Origin: Opitutia bacterium
GTDB taxonomy: Bacteria; Verrucomicrobiota; Verrucomicrobiia; Opitutales; Opitutaceae
DNA: 64,000 nt
Direction of reading: 5' to 3'
Assembly: GCA_947478395.1 (NCBI GenBank)
Contig: CANJVR010000003.1
Location: 160,001-224,000 of the forward strand
The position numbers and the translations under genes are program-made. The notes under the pieces are model-generated. The model searched no databases and had not been told where the DNA came from. It was given only the letters and a program-made list of their open reading frames with translations. The stretch's first letter is position 1, and each line of letters opens with the position of its first letter. Positions 54,376 to 63,848 of the stretch are shown in pieces.

Positions 54376-55680
54376 TCAGCGCCCGCGGCGACCGCCGCCC
54401 TCGCCGCCAAAGCGGTTCCAGCCGCCCTCGGAGGCACGCTGCTGACTACCACGACCTTGCTGGCCGCCGCTGCCGGGACCGCCCCGATAGCCGCCCCGTT
54501 GACCACCACCACCGCGCTGACCGCGTTGCTCGGGCGGGCGTTCGGGTGCGGCGACGATGGGCGCGTAGTTGAAACCCTCGAGCTTAAGCTCGGGAATCTT
54601 TTGGCCAATGAAACGCTGGATGTCGCGGAGGTCACTGGCGTTTTCTGGGGTCACGAGGGTGAACGCGTCACCCACCGCCTGCGCGCGGCCGGTGCGCCCA
54701 ATGCGGTGCACGTAGTCCTCGGGATTTTCCGGGACGTCGTAATTGATCACGTGGCTGATGCCGGCGACATCGATGCCGCGCGCGGCGATATCGGTCGCGA
54801 CCATGACTTCGTATTTGCCGCTCTTAAAACCGGCGAGCGCCTCGATCCGCTGATTTTGCGAGCGATTCGCATGCAGCACGGCGACGGAGTGGTTGGCGGT
54901 TTTCAGCCGACGGGCAATTTTGTCCGCACCGTGTTTGGTCCGGCTGAAAATGAGGACGCTGTCGAATTCAGTTTTGGCGAGCAGGGCTTCGAGCAGTTCG
55001 AATTTTTGGTGATGCGCGACCGGATAGACGGCGTGATTGACCGACGCGTTGACTGAGCGGTTGATACCGACCTCGATCCGCTCGGGATTGCGCAGGGCGA
55101 ACGACGCGACCGCGGCAATTTCCGGTGGCACCGTGGCAGAGAAAAACAAGGTCTGCCGTTCCTTGGGGCAACGCGCGATGATGTCTTTGACGACAGGAAG
55201 AAATCCCATGTCGAGCATGCGGTCGACCTCATCCAGAATGAGAATCTGGATATCGCGCAGGCTGATTTCACCGGTCTTGAGGAAATCGACGAGGCGACCG
55301 GGCGTGGCGACGATGACGTCAACCCCGCGTTTGAGTTCGCTGCGCTGAAGGCCGTATCCGACGCCGCCGAAAACAGCCAAGGGGCGAATATCGGTGAAGC
55401 GGGCAAAATCGCGGAAGGCGGTTTCGACCTGCGCGGCAAGTTCGCGGGTGGGCTCGAGGATAAGGACGCGTGGCGCGCGACCATGGGCGCCGAGGCGGGT
55501 GAGCACGGGCAGCGCGAAGGCCGCGGTTTTGCCGGTGCCGGTTTGGGCGGAGGCGATCAGATCGCGGCCGGAGAGCACGACCGGAATCGCGCGGAGCTGG
55601 ATGGGAGTCGGATCGGAATAACCCGCGGCTTGAACGCCACGGAGAACCGGCTCGGAAAGATTAAGAGCTTTAAAAGGCAT
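54376..55680 (-). CDS. DEAD-box RNA helicase (RhlE-like; DEVD variant)
   Basis: PTPIQ, AQTGTGKT, PTRELA, TPGR, DEVD, SAT, ARGID, HRIGRTGR; RGG tail. Confidence 0.96.
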   Translation of the reverse strand: MPFKALNLSEPVLRGVQAAGYSDPTPIQLRAIPVVLSGRDLIASAQTGTGKTAAFALPVLTRLGAHGRAPRVLILEPTRELAAQVETAFRDFARFTDIRPLAVFGGVGYGLQRSELKRGVDVIVATPGRLVDFLKTGEISLRDIQILILDEVDRMLDMGFLPVVKDIIARCPKERQTLFFSATVPPEIAAVASFALRNPERIEVGINRSVNASVNHAVYPVAHHQKFELLEALLAKTEFDSVLIFSRTKHGADKIARRLKTANHSVAVLHANRSQNQRIEALAGFKSGKYEVMVATDIAARGIDVAGISHVINYDVPENPEDYVHRIGRTGRAQAVGDAFTLVTPENASDLRDIQRFIGQKIPELKLEGFNYAPIVAAPERPPEQRGQRGGGGQRGGYRGGPGSGGQQGRGSQQRASEGGWNRFGGEGGGRRGR

Positions 55681-55770
55681 GAAGAGTGAAAACCTGGCTG
55701 ACTGCGCCAGAGGCAGGAGCGCACGCAGAGTCATTTCACCCGCTGACGCTCACGGCTCGCAAGCCGGAGG

Positions 55771-55807
55771 AAAAAGAAAAGACGGAGCGCCCGGAGGCAC
55801 TCCGTCT
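55771..55807 (-). terminator. Terminator after the RRM gene
   Basis: Minus strand AGACGGAGTGCC-TCCG-GGCGCTCCGTCT-TTTCTTTTT. Confidence 0.8.
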
Positions 55808-55841
55808 CGAATTGAAAATCGGCGTTTAAACCGAGTTACGA

Positions 55842-56246
55842 TTAGTAACGGCGCTCGCCACGGTCGCCGCCGCCGCCGCGATCGCCGCGGTAACCGCCGC
55901 CACCGCCGCCGCCGCCGAAACCACGGCCGCCACCGCCGCCGCCGCCGAAGCCACGACCGCCGCCGCCGCCGCCGAAGGAGCGACCAGCGCCCTCTTCTTT
56001 CGGACGAGCTTCATTGACGGTGAGCTGACGGCCACCGAGATCGGTACCGTTCATTTTTTCCGTGGCGGCTTTCGCCTCTTCGTCAGAGCCCATGGTGATG
56101 AACGCGAAACCGCGGGGGCGGCCGGTCATCTTGTCCATGGCGACGTAGAGATCCGTCACGGTGCCGAATTGGCTGAAGGCCGAGCGGAGCTCGTCTTCGG
56201 TGGTCTTGAAGGAGAGGTTACCAACGTATAGTTTGGAGTTACTCAT
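55842..56246 (-). CDS. RRM-domain glycine-rich RNA-binding protein
   Basis: RNP2 LYVGNL, RNP1 RGFAFI, VNEARP; GGGGGGRGF repeats. Confidence 0.96.
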   Translation of the reverse strand: MSNSKLYVGNLSFKTTEDELRSAFSQFGTVTDLYVAMDKMTGRPRGFAFITMGSDEEAKAATEKMNGTDLGGRQLTVNEARPKEEGAGRSFGGGGGGRGFGGGGGGGRGFGGGGGGGGYRGDRGGGGDRGERRY

Positions 56247-56513
56247 ATGTGATGTTGCGTAGTTCCATCGCTCGCTGCCAGTCCGTTCCCACTGTGGGTT
56301 TCGAAATCATCACTTGAGCAACTTGCTCAGCCTACGACTCACCAGATCCTGTCACCAAAACGCTTTCACTAACGACTGAGACGTTGAAAACACCCAACAA
56401 GGCGATGAACGCAAGCGTATTTTTTAGCGGCACCCATGCAGGGCAGTCACTTACTTGCGTTCAATCGGGTCAACGCGCCCACGGTTCATCGGGTACCGGA
56501 TCTGGAATCCGTG

Positions 56514-56909
56514 CTATTGCTCTAACCGATCGCGCAGGCGTCGATCGCGTTTGGTCGGACGTCCAGCACGCCGATCGTGTGATAGAATTTGTTGAGCTGT
56601 CCACTCCCGCGCCTTCGCCCATTCCGCGGGGGAGGTGAGTTCGGCGCAAAACTCCGGCACCCGAGCTGCGCCGATCCGGCCCGTTGGAATTCCGAGCACC
56701 CTCAGGGAGCGGTTAACGACCCCCTGCCGCACATCGATAATTTCTCCCGCTCGGACCGGCCGCGCCGGTTTGGCTTCGTGCGTGCCGATACGAACGGCAC
56801 CAGAGTTACATGCTTCGGTGGCTAAGGGACGCGTTTTATAAATACGAACCATCCAAAGCCACCGATCGATGCGCAGGACAGCGGCCGATGACGATTCAAT
56901 CACGACCAA
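56514..56909 (-). CDS. hslR: Hsp15-like S4-domain ribosome-associated protein
   Basis: RIDRWLW.VR.YKTR..A..AC, AKPA, GRPTKRDRR. Confidence 0.9.
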   Translation of the reverse strand: MVVIESSSAAVLRIDRWLWMVRIYKTRPLATEACNSGAVRIGTHEAKPARPVRAGEIIDVRQGVVNRSLRVLGIPTGRIGAARVPEFCAELTSPAEWAKAREWTAQQILSHDRRAGRPTKRDRRLRDRLEQ

Positions 56910-56948
56910 CCAATCCCGGGCACGGCTGCGCCGCTCCGATTTTCGCTC

Positions 56949-57473
56949 TCACTTATTTTGGGCGCCGACTTTGCTGCGGAGCCAATCGCCAAGAATATCT
57001 TTTTCGTAGCGCAACGAATCTTGGCGATCCATCGTCAGGCGCAGGTCAAAGGAGAGATCGCGAATATCCTCGTTGCCGCTCTTCACGACGTGGCCCGCTC
57101 CATCCGTGATCTTATAGCTAAATTTGAAGGCGGGCGGATAAATCGCCTTAACGATCCTTACGTCGCTGTACTGCGGTCCGCGCCACGGCTCATATTCGCC
57201 GGCAAGATCGATATCGGTGAACGTGACCGTGAGTTTTTGCCCAGGGGGAAGGAGCTTTTCCGCACGCTCGACAATGAATTCGCGAATCCGTCCGAGAATT
57301 TCATCGCGGCCATTGTTGCTGGGCAAATCCCGATCTTTTACATCAGTGAAATTGCTGGGATCGGAGAATATCACTTCGGTGCGTGCAGGGATTTTGGCGA
57401 TATCCGCGGCGAGAAGCGCCAGCGGAGCCACCAAACCGGGGAGCGCGAGGAGGAGTAAGCGGTGTGTTTTCAT
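56949..57473 (-). CDS. DUF3016-family secreted protein
   Basis: F.DP..FTD, TDIDLAG, DVRIVK.IYPP, L.YEK..L.DW. Confidence 0.82.
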   Translation of the reverse strand: MKTHRLLLLALPGLVAPLALLAADIAKIPARTEVIFSDPSNFTDVKDRDLPSNNGRDEILGRIREFIVERAEKLLPPGQKLTVTFTDIDLAGEYEPWRGPQYSDVRIVKAIYPPAFKFSYKITDGAGHVVKSGNEDIRDLSFDLRLTMDRQDSLRYEKDILGDWLRSKVGAQNK

Positions 57474-57568
57474 GCCTGCGATAAAGATCAATGTAGCATG
57501 AAACGGTTCCACGGCGAGCGGGGAACACGCAAAGTCGATGACCTGCGGGCCGACGATTGACCCCGATT

Positions 57569-58495
57569 CTAGAGCGTATCGAGCACGCCGTGCAGCACAC
57601 GGATGGCGATTTCAGAAACCTGCATTTCGTTCGCGTCGATCGGGTTCTTTCCGTGCTGACCGCCGGCCAGATCACTCAAACCACGGATGATCAGCACCGG
57701 CTTCCGGTTGGCGTAAGCGACTTGGGCAAGCGCGGCGGACTCCATGTCGGTACACCGCGCGTGCCAAATGCGGAAAAGCCATTCGCGATAACGGGCGTTA
57801 TCGAGAAACACGGTGGCCGAAACGCCGTTGCCTCCGACCGCCACGTTCACCGTGCGGCCACTTTTCGTCATGGGCGATAACTTCGGAACCGCGCGACGCG
57901 CAGCGGCGAGGAGTTCGGCATCGGCCGGGAACAACTCGACGCGTTCTGATTTCTCCCCGGGATGATCGGAGTCGTTCGCGCGGGTCACCTCCGTGCCCGT
58001 GGGGAAAATCATCCCGAAATTATCCCGGCCCCGTGACAAATAATCGGGAAAAACGTAACCGCCACGGCCGTCCTCATTGAGATAAGCCGCCTCACCGTGA
58101 TTGGCCCAGGCTTCCGGGATCACCACATCTCCGACTTCCAGCGACGGATCGGTGCCACCCGCCACGCCGGCGAAAAGCACGTGGGTGATCGGAAAATGGT
58201 CCAGGGCGAGCTGCAATTGGTACGCGGCGTTGACCATGCTAACGCCCGTCCGGCAGATGATGACGTCCTTGGTGCCGACTTTGCCGCGCCAAAACTCCAG
58301 ACCGTTTACCATCGACCGGGTCCAGCCCGTCGCGGCGCTCACGCCAAACTCTTTTTTCAGCGCCGCCAGCTCGGGCTCATAGGCTCCACAGAGGGCGTAG
58401 AGCGGTTTGGCCAATTCAGCGCCCCGGGCTAGAGCGGCGAAAATAAATAGCGCGATGAACACCTTGAAGCGCGGAAAATTTAGGGGGCGGAGCAT
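57569..58495 (-). CDS. MTA/SAH nucleosidase-family enzyme with N-terminal signal peptide
   Basis: TGVSMVNAA, LFAGVAGG, VGDVVIP, DMESAALAQV, IRGLSDLAG. Confidence 0.88.
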   Translation of the reverse strand: MLRPLNFPRFKVFIALFIFAALARGAELAKPLYALCGAYEPELAALKKEFGVSAATGWTRSMVNGLEFWRGKVGTKDVIICRTGVSMVNAAYQLQLALDHFPITHVLFAGVAGGTDPSLEVGDVVIPEAWANHGEAAYLNEDGRGGYVFPDYLSRGRDNFGMIFPTGTEVTRANDSDHPGEKSERVELFPADAELLAAARRAVPKLSPMTKSGRTVNVAVGGNGVSATVFLDNARYREWLFRIWHARCTDMESAALAQVAYANRKPVLIIRGLSDLAGGQHGKNPIDANEMQVSEIAIRVLHGVLDTL

Positions 58496-58657
58496 GCGGC
58501 CATTGTAGAGCAAGGCCAGTGCCACGGTGCCAAGGCCTAATCTACCACAAAGGTTTTTCGTTTGCTCGGCGCGACAAGGGACCGTCCGGAAACAACCCCG
58601 GCGTGCGTCCTATCTCAAGCGTTGCGCCGTGCTCGCGATTTCTTTCGCTGAAGGTTC

Positions 58658-59653
58658 ATGAAACCCCGCGTGACCCTTGTATTACTCGCTCTGGCTGGTG
58701 TGGCTTCCGTGCTTTCGGCCGCTGAGACTGCCGCCCCGGTCAAACTCACCAAGATGGATGACCGTGTGCGCGTCGAAATCGGCGGAAAGCATTTCACTGA
58801 CTATGTCTTCGGCCAAGACACGTCTCGACCGTATCTTTATCCGATCCTCGCGGTCGATGGCACGCCGCTCACCCGCGATTTCCCGATGAAGGAAACGAAG
58901 GGAGAAGAGACCGATCATCCGTGGCATCGGTCGTTCTGGTTCGCGCACAGCATGGTCAACGGCGTCGACTTCTGGAATGAGGGCGCCGGCGACGTCGGCC
59001 GTTCGCCAAAGGACAAAGGCAAGACGGTCCACGACGCCGTGCTCGAAATGAGCGGCGGCGCAGTCGGAACGATTCGCACGCGCAATCGCTTGGTCGACCC
59101 CAGCGGCAAACTGATCGCCACCGACGAGCGCACGGTTCGTTTCAGCGCCATTCCGGATGGGCGCGTGGTCGACTTCGAAGTCACGATTCACGCCCTGCCC
59201 GACACGCCGGTGCTCTTGGGCGACAACAAAGACGGCACCTTCGCGACGCGCGTCGCGCAGTGGATGACCATGCCGCACAAAAATGTTGGCGGTAACGGGC
59301 ACATCGTAACGGCGACCGGCTTCCGCGACGCTGACGCGTGGGGCAAGCGCGCCGACTGGTGCGACTACCACGCCGAGCGCAACGGCACGACCTACGGCAT
59401 CGCGATCTTCGATCATCCCGACAATCTCCGTCACCCAACCTGGTGGATGGCTCGCGACTACGGCCTGTTTGGCGCGAATCCGTTTGGCTGGCACGATTAC
59501 GAGGCGGAATTCAAAAACGAGCCGCACAAGGGAGACTACACCATCCCCGCCAACGGCACGCTGACCTTGCGCTACCGAGTTCTTTTTCACACGGGCGACG
59601 AAAAAGCCGCGCACCTCGCGGAAAATTACGCCGCGTACGCTAAGGCGAAATAA
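58658..59653 (+). CDS. DUF6807 (so-called PmoA-family) secreted protein
   Basis: RPYLYP, DHPWHRS.WF, VDFW, A.FDHP.N..HPT.W.AR.YGLF.ANP. Confidence 0.8.
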   Translation: MKPRVTLVLLALAGVASVLSAAETAAPVKLTKMDDRVRVEIGGKHFTDYVFGQDTSRPYLYPILAVDGTPLTRDFPMKETKGEETDHPWHRSFWFAHSMVNGVDFWNEGAGDVGRSPKDKGKTVHDAVLEMSGGAVGTIRTRNRLVDPSGKLIATDERTVRFSAIPDGRVVDFEVTIHALPDTPVLLGDNKDGTFATRVAQWMTMPHKNVGGNGHIVTATGFRDADAWGKRADWCDYHAERNGTTYGIAIFDHPDNLRHPTWWMARDYGLFGANPFGWHDYEAEFKNEPHKGDYTIPANGTLTLRYRVLFHTGDEKAAHLAENYAAYAKAK

Positions 59654-59759
59654 TTATCCTTTGCGCCGACCGACCCCGGGCGAAATCCCCTCGCCGGCCG
59701 CTTTACCTAAGCAGGCCCGTCGGAAATTATAAGCATTCTCTCCATAACCCCCTACTCCC

Positions 59760-61268
59760 ATGTCTCATTTTAGCCGTCGTCATTTTTTAAAAAACACTGC
59801 GCTGATTGGCGCTGCGGCCACGCTGTCCGTCCGTTCCTGGGCTCAGGTGCTAGGCGCCAACGGCGATGTTCGCGTCGCCGTTGTGGGCCTCAACGGTCGG
59901 GGCAAAAACCACATCACCAGTCTCAAATCCGTGAAGGGCGCGCGCCTCGTGGCGGTTTGCGATCCCGATTCAGCCGTCTTGGATAGCACCGCGGCGAAGC
60001 TCGCCACGGAAGGCATCGCGGTAAAAAAGTATAGCGATATCCGCGAACTCCTCGCATCGCCCGACATCGACGCGATCACGATCGCCACACCCAACCACTG
60101 GCACTCACTCATGGGGATTTGGGCCTGTCAGGCCGGCAAAGATGTCTACGTCGAAAAGCCCGTCTCCCATAACGTGTGGGAAGGTCGCCAACTCGTGGCC
60201 GCGGCCGCGAAATATAATCGCGTGGTTCAAACCGGCACGCAGATCCGCTCCGGCGAAGGATTGATCGAGGCAGTCGCTTGGACGCGTGCCGGGAATCTCG
60301 GCAAGATTACGGCATCGCGTGGGTTTTGCTACAAACGTCGCGACTCAATCGGCAAAACCGCCGCGCCCACGCCGGTGCCGACCACCGTTAACTACGATCT
60401 TTGGTCCGGTCCCGCGCCGCTCGTGGCACCCCATCGCAACTCCGCAAAAAATGGCCCCATTCACTACGACTGGCATTGGGTCTACCTCTACGGTAACGGC
60501 GATGTGGGCAACCAAGGCATCCATCAAATGGACGTTGCCCGCTGGTTCCTCGGCGAACCTGGCCTCCCGCGCCATACGCTCAGCATCGGGGGTCGTTTAG
60601 GCTACGCCGACGACGGCGATACGCCCAACACCCAAGTCATCGTCCACGACTACGCCACCGCTCCGCTCATCTTCGAAGTACGCGGTCTCCCCGCGCGCTC
60701 CGGGGTGGGCGCACCCTCCGGCGCCGGTGCCGCCGCTGGCTCGGCGGAATCATCCGGCGTCGATAAATATCGCGGGGTTTCCATCGGCAATATCGTCGAC
60801 TGCGAAGGCGGCTCGGTTGTCACCAATGCTTATTTTACCGCAACCGCGTACGACAAAGCCGGTAAAGTCGTGAAAGAGTTCAAAGGCACCGACCGGCAGA
60901 TGCAGAACTTCATCGACGTGGTCCACAGTCGCAAAACCGCGGAGCTCTACGGACCGATCGGCGAAGGCCATGTGTCGAGTGCACTCTGTCACCTGGGCAA
61001 TATTTCGCACCAGATCGGCCATGCGGCTCCCGCCGGTGAAATCGTCGAAAAGATCAAGGGCAACGCGCCGTTCGCAGAAGCTTACGGGCGCATGGCCGAG
61101 CATCTTGCCGCAAACGGCGTGGATCTCGGTAAAACGCCGGCGACGCTCGGACAGATGCTCGCCATCGATCCCGCGGCGGAGAACTTCACCGGCAAAGATG
61201 CCGCCGCCGCGAACGCCCTGCTCACGCGCAACTATCGCGCGCCATTCGTCGTACCGAAGCTCGCGTAG
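59760..61268 (+). CDS. Tat-exported Gfo/Idh/MocA oxidoreductase
   Basis: SRRHFLK Tat motif; ATPNHWH, KDVYVEKP, GNQGIHQMD. Confidence 0.93.
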   Translation: MSHFSRRHFLKNTALIGAAATLSVRSWAQVLGANGDVRVAVVGLNGRGKNHITSLKSVKGARLVAVCDPDSAVLDSTAAKLATEGIAVKKYSDIRELLASPDIDAITIATPNHWHSLMGIWACQAGKDVYVEKPVSHNVWEGRQLVAAAAKYNRVVQTGTQIRSGEGLIEAVAWTRAGNLGKITASRGFCYKRRDSIGKTAAPTPVPTTVNYDLWSGPAPLVAPHRNSAKNGPIHYDWHWVYLYGNGDVGNQGIHQMDVARWFLGEPGLPRHTLSIGGRLGYADDGDTPNTQVIVHDYATAPLIFEVRGLPARSGVGAPSGAGAAAGSAESSGVDKYRGVSIGNIVDCEGGSVVTNAYFTATAYDKAGKVVKEFKGTDRQMQNFIDVVHSRKTAELYGPIGEGHVSSALCHLGNISHQIGHAAPAGEIVEKIKGNAPFAEAYGRMAEHLAANGVDLGKTPATLGQMLAIDPAAENFTGKDAAAANALLTRNYRAPFVVPKLA

Positions 61269-61466
61269 GGTGAAATTCTCGATGAAACGTTCGGGGTTTA
61301 ACCGCGGAACACGCCGCGGAATAACCAGGACGCGAGCCATAAAAGCATCATGACCTCTGCCTGCTTCGTCCAACCCTGGGCGCGTGAATAGACGCGGGGG
61401 CGACGACGACGGAGCGGAAGAAATCTTTGCGCTTTTTGCGGCCAGCCGGCCGAACTACTTCGCCTG

Positions 61467-62093
61467 CTACGCGCCCGTTCCGTAAAGTCGGTCGCCGAAA
61501 TCACCCAGACCGGGTACGATATATTTTTTGGCGTTGAGCGTCCGGTCGAGCGCCGCCGTGTGAATGATTGTTCCGGGGTGATGCCTCTCCACTTCCGCCA
61601 CTCCCTCGGGCGCCGCGACGATGCACACGAGCGTGGGGTTGGCCGCCCCGTGTTGCTTCGCCACACTGATCGCTTGCGCGGCGCTGCCCCCGGTCGCGAG
61701 CATGGGATCGACGAGAAACACCCGCCGGCCGGCGAGCGGCGGCAGTTTGCAATAATAGTTCCGCGCCACTGCCGTCGTGTGATCGCGCTCCAATCCGAGA
61801 TAGCCGACACTCACATCGGGAAACGTATCGAGGAATGGCTGAACCATCCCCAAGCCCGCGCGCAGGATCGGCACGACGACCAACGGCCGATGCGGCAACA
61901 CGCGCCCCGTCGCCGCCTCCAGCGGGGTCTGGATGAGCTTTTCTTCCGTGGCGAGGTCCCGCGTCGCCTCGATGGCGAGCAGCAGACTAAGTTGATAGGC
62001 CAGCGTGCGGAACGTCGCGGGCTTGGTCGTGACGTCCCGCAGATGCGTCATGATGTGCGCCGCCAGCGGATGGTCGAGAAGGTGGACTGACAT
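61467..62093 (-). CDS. upp: Uracil phosphoribosyltransferase
   Basis: PILRAGLGM, DPMLATGGS, YIVPGLGDFGDR. Confidence 0.97.
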   Translation of the reverse strand: MSVHLLDHPLAAHIMTHLRDVTTKPATFRTLAYQLSLLLAIEATRDLATEEKLIQTPLEAATGRVLPHRPLVVVPILRAGLGMVQPFLDTFPDVSVGYLGLERDHTTAVARNYYCKLPPLAGRRVFLVDPMLATGGSAAQAISVAKQHGAANPTLVCIVAAPEGVAEVERHHPGTIIHTAALDRTLNAKKYIVPGLGDFGDRLYGTGA

Positions 62094-62204
62094 AGAAAAA
62101 GGAGGAGACGGGTAAAATCGGGCAGTCGCGAAATGGAAACGGTGGACCTGGATCTAACGCCGCTGAATTTCTCTGCGTTTCGAAGCTTCTCCCGTTTGAA
62201 ATTT

Positions 62205-62897
62205 TTAAAGCAGGTCCCGCTCCACTTTGCGCTCGAGGTAGCGTTCGAACTCCTTGCGCAGCGCTTTTTCCTTTCCACGTAATCCGGGCATGAGGGCGAT
62301 CCAGTTGTACACTTCCTCGCGCAGATGTTTCGGCATCACGGGCTCCATTTCCCGCACGCGGTCGAGGGCGCGCACGCACAGGCCGGCGATTTCATCGCAC
62401 ATGGTCTGCGCGTCGGCGCTGCTGTGCTGGCCGGCGAGACGAATCACTTCCTCCAAGCGGCGATGGCGGCGTTTCAGGATCGCTTTGTAGGAAAGCAAAC
62501 TCGGCACGACGACGTTAACCGTGCGGGGATAGAAGCTCGCCATCAGGTTCCAAGGGTCCGTGCTGTCGCCGGCTGCGCGCAAATCGCTCCGCAGAATCAC
62601 CGACGGGATGTCGGCAAACTTCGCGAACATAAATTCGATGACCGTGCCGCTATCGAGTTCGGAGCCGTCGAAGTTGAAAATCGCCAGGTCGCAAGCGACC
62701 AGCGCGCGAATGTCCTGATCGCGAATGGCGCGGGGCGTCGAGCCACGCGGCTCAAAATCCTGCGGCAGTTCGCAGAGATAACGCCCGTGGGATTTTTCAT
62801 AAATCGCCTCGGCCAGATACGCGTTGCCGATCAGGTGCTTCAGCGTGAACAGCTCGCTGGCAAAATACACGGTGGAGCTGCGCGTTTTTTTTGGCAT
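62205..62897 (-). CDS. Nucleoside 2-deoxyribosyltransferase/N-glycosidase family protein
   Basis: VYFASELF, LPQD, D...L..CD, DG.ELDSGTVIE; start set to ATG 62897. Confidence 0.8.
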   Translation of the reverse strand: MPKKTRSSTVYFASELFTLKHLIGNAYLAEAIYEKSHGRYLCELPQDFEPRGSTPRAIRDQDIRALVACDLAIFNFDGSELDSGTVIEFMFAKFADIPSVILRSDLRAAGDSTDPWNLMASFYPRTVNVVVPSLLSYKAILKRRHRRLEEVIRLAGQHSSADAQTMCDEIAGLCVRALDRVREMEPVMPKHLREEVYNWIALMPGLRGKEKALRKEFERYLERKVERDLL

Positions 62898-63101
62898 GCG
62901 GGCGGTGCACCGAGCAAGCGGTCGACCCCGGAGCGGCTCAACGCCAAATTCAATGATTCCGGGGTAGCGAAAGCCTTGAGGCTTTCGTGCGTCGACCTCG
63001 AAACGCTCACGCATTCCACAACGCTCGAAATGCGATTCCGGTCCTTGCGAAACAAAAAACGCTCGCGCCCATGCCGGCGTTGGCGCGGGCTCGCGGGAAC
63101 C

Positions 63102-63749
63102 ATGATTCGCGCCCTCGTCTTCGATTTCGATGGACTGATCCTCGACACGGAATCCGCGCTCATCGGCGCGTATGCCGATGTGCACGCAGCGCACGGCGTG
63201 CATTTCGATGAAGCGCATTTCCTGCGCTCCGTGGGCCACGCCGACTACGCCTTCGATCCGTGGCGCGCTTTCGCGCCGCACGCCGACCGCCCGGCCCTTG
63301 AAGTCGAACGTCGCGCCCGGAACCGCGATCGCGATCTCGGGCTGCAAATTCTTCCGGGTGTGGTTTCCCTCATGGACGAAGCGCGCGACGCGGGCCTGTT
63401 CGTCGGCCTCGCGTCGAACTCGCAGCACGACCACTGCGAGCGCCACCTTGCCCGGATCGGGCTCCTCGATCGGTTCAATTTCCTCGCTTGCCGCGAAGAC
63501 GTGCCGTCGCCCAAGCCCGAGCCCGATCTCTACAAACTCGTGTTAAATCAATTCGGCCTGCGCGGCCACGAGGCGATCGCCTTCGAGGATTCGCACACCG
63601 GGAGCCTCGCCGCGAAGCGCGCCGGACTTTTTGTCGTCGCCGCGCCGAACCCTTCGACCGCGCACCACGACTTCGCCCACGTCGATCTGCGGGTTCGTTC
63701 TCTCGCAGAAACTGCCCTCAAAACTTTGTCGGCGCGCTGTAGCGGCTAG
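63102..63749 (+). CDS. HAD-superfamily phosphatase (beta-PGM-like, subfamily IA)
   Basis: FDFDGLILDTE, ASNS, KPEPD, FEDS..G..AA..AG. Confidence 0.92.
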   Translation: MIRALVFDFDGLILDTESALIGAYADVHAAHGVHFDEAHFLRSVGHADYAFDPWRAFAPHADRPALEVERRARNRDRDLGLQILPGVVSLMDEARDAGLFVGLASNSQHDHCERHLARIGLLDRFNFLACREDVPSPKPEPDLYKLVLNQFGLRGHEAIAFEDSHTGSLAAKRAGLFVVAAPNPSTAHHDFAHVDLRVRSLAETALKTLSARCSG

Positions 63750-63848
63750 AGGCATGGCTGACGCCGGCGCGGGCAACCACTTGGCTTCTCTCTGGCATTC
63801 TCCGCAGGCGTTATCCGCCACGATGACGGCTGCGGCTGACTGCCGCCA

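Noticed and set aside
55855..55980. GCC/CCG tandem repeats
   Set aside because: They encode the glycine-rich tail of the RRM protein
58658..59653. PmoA label implying methane oxidation
   Set aside because: The protein is soluble and secreted, lies next to a sugar-type oxidoreductase, has no multi-TM profile and has no pmoB/pmoC neighbours
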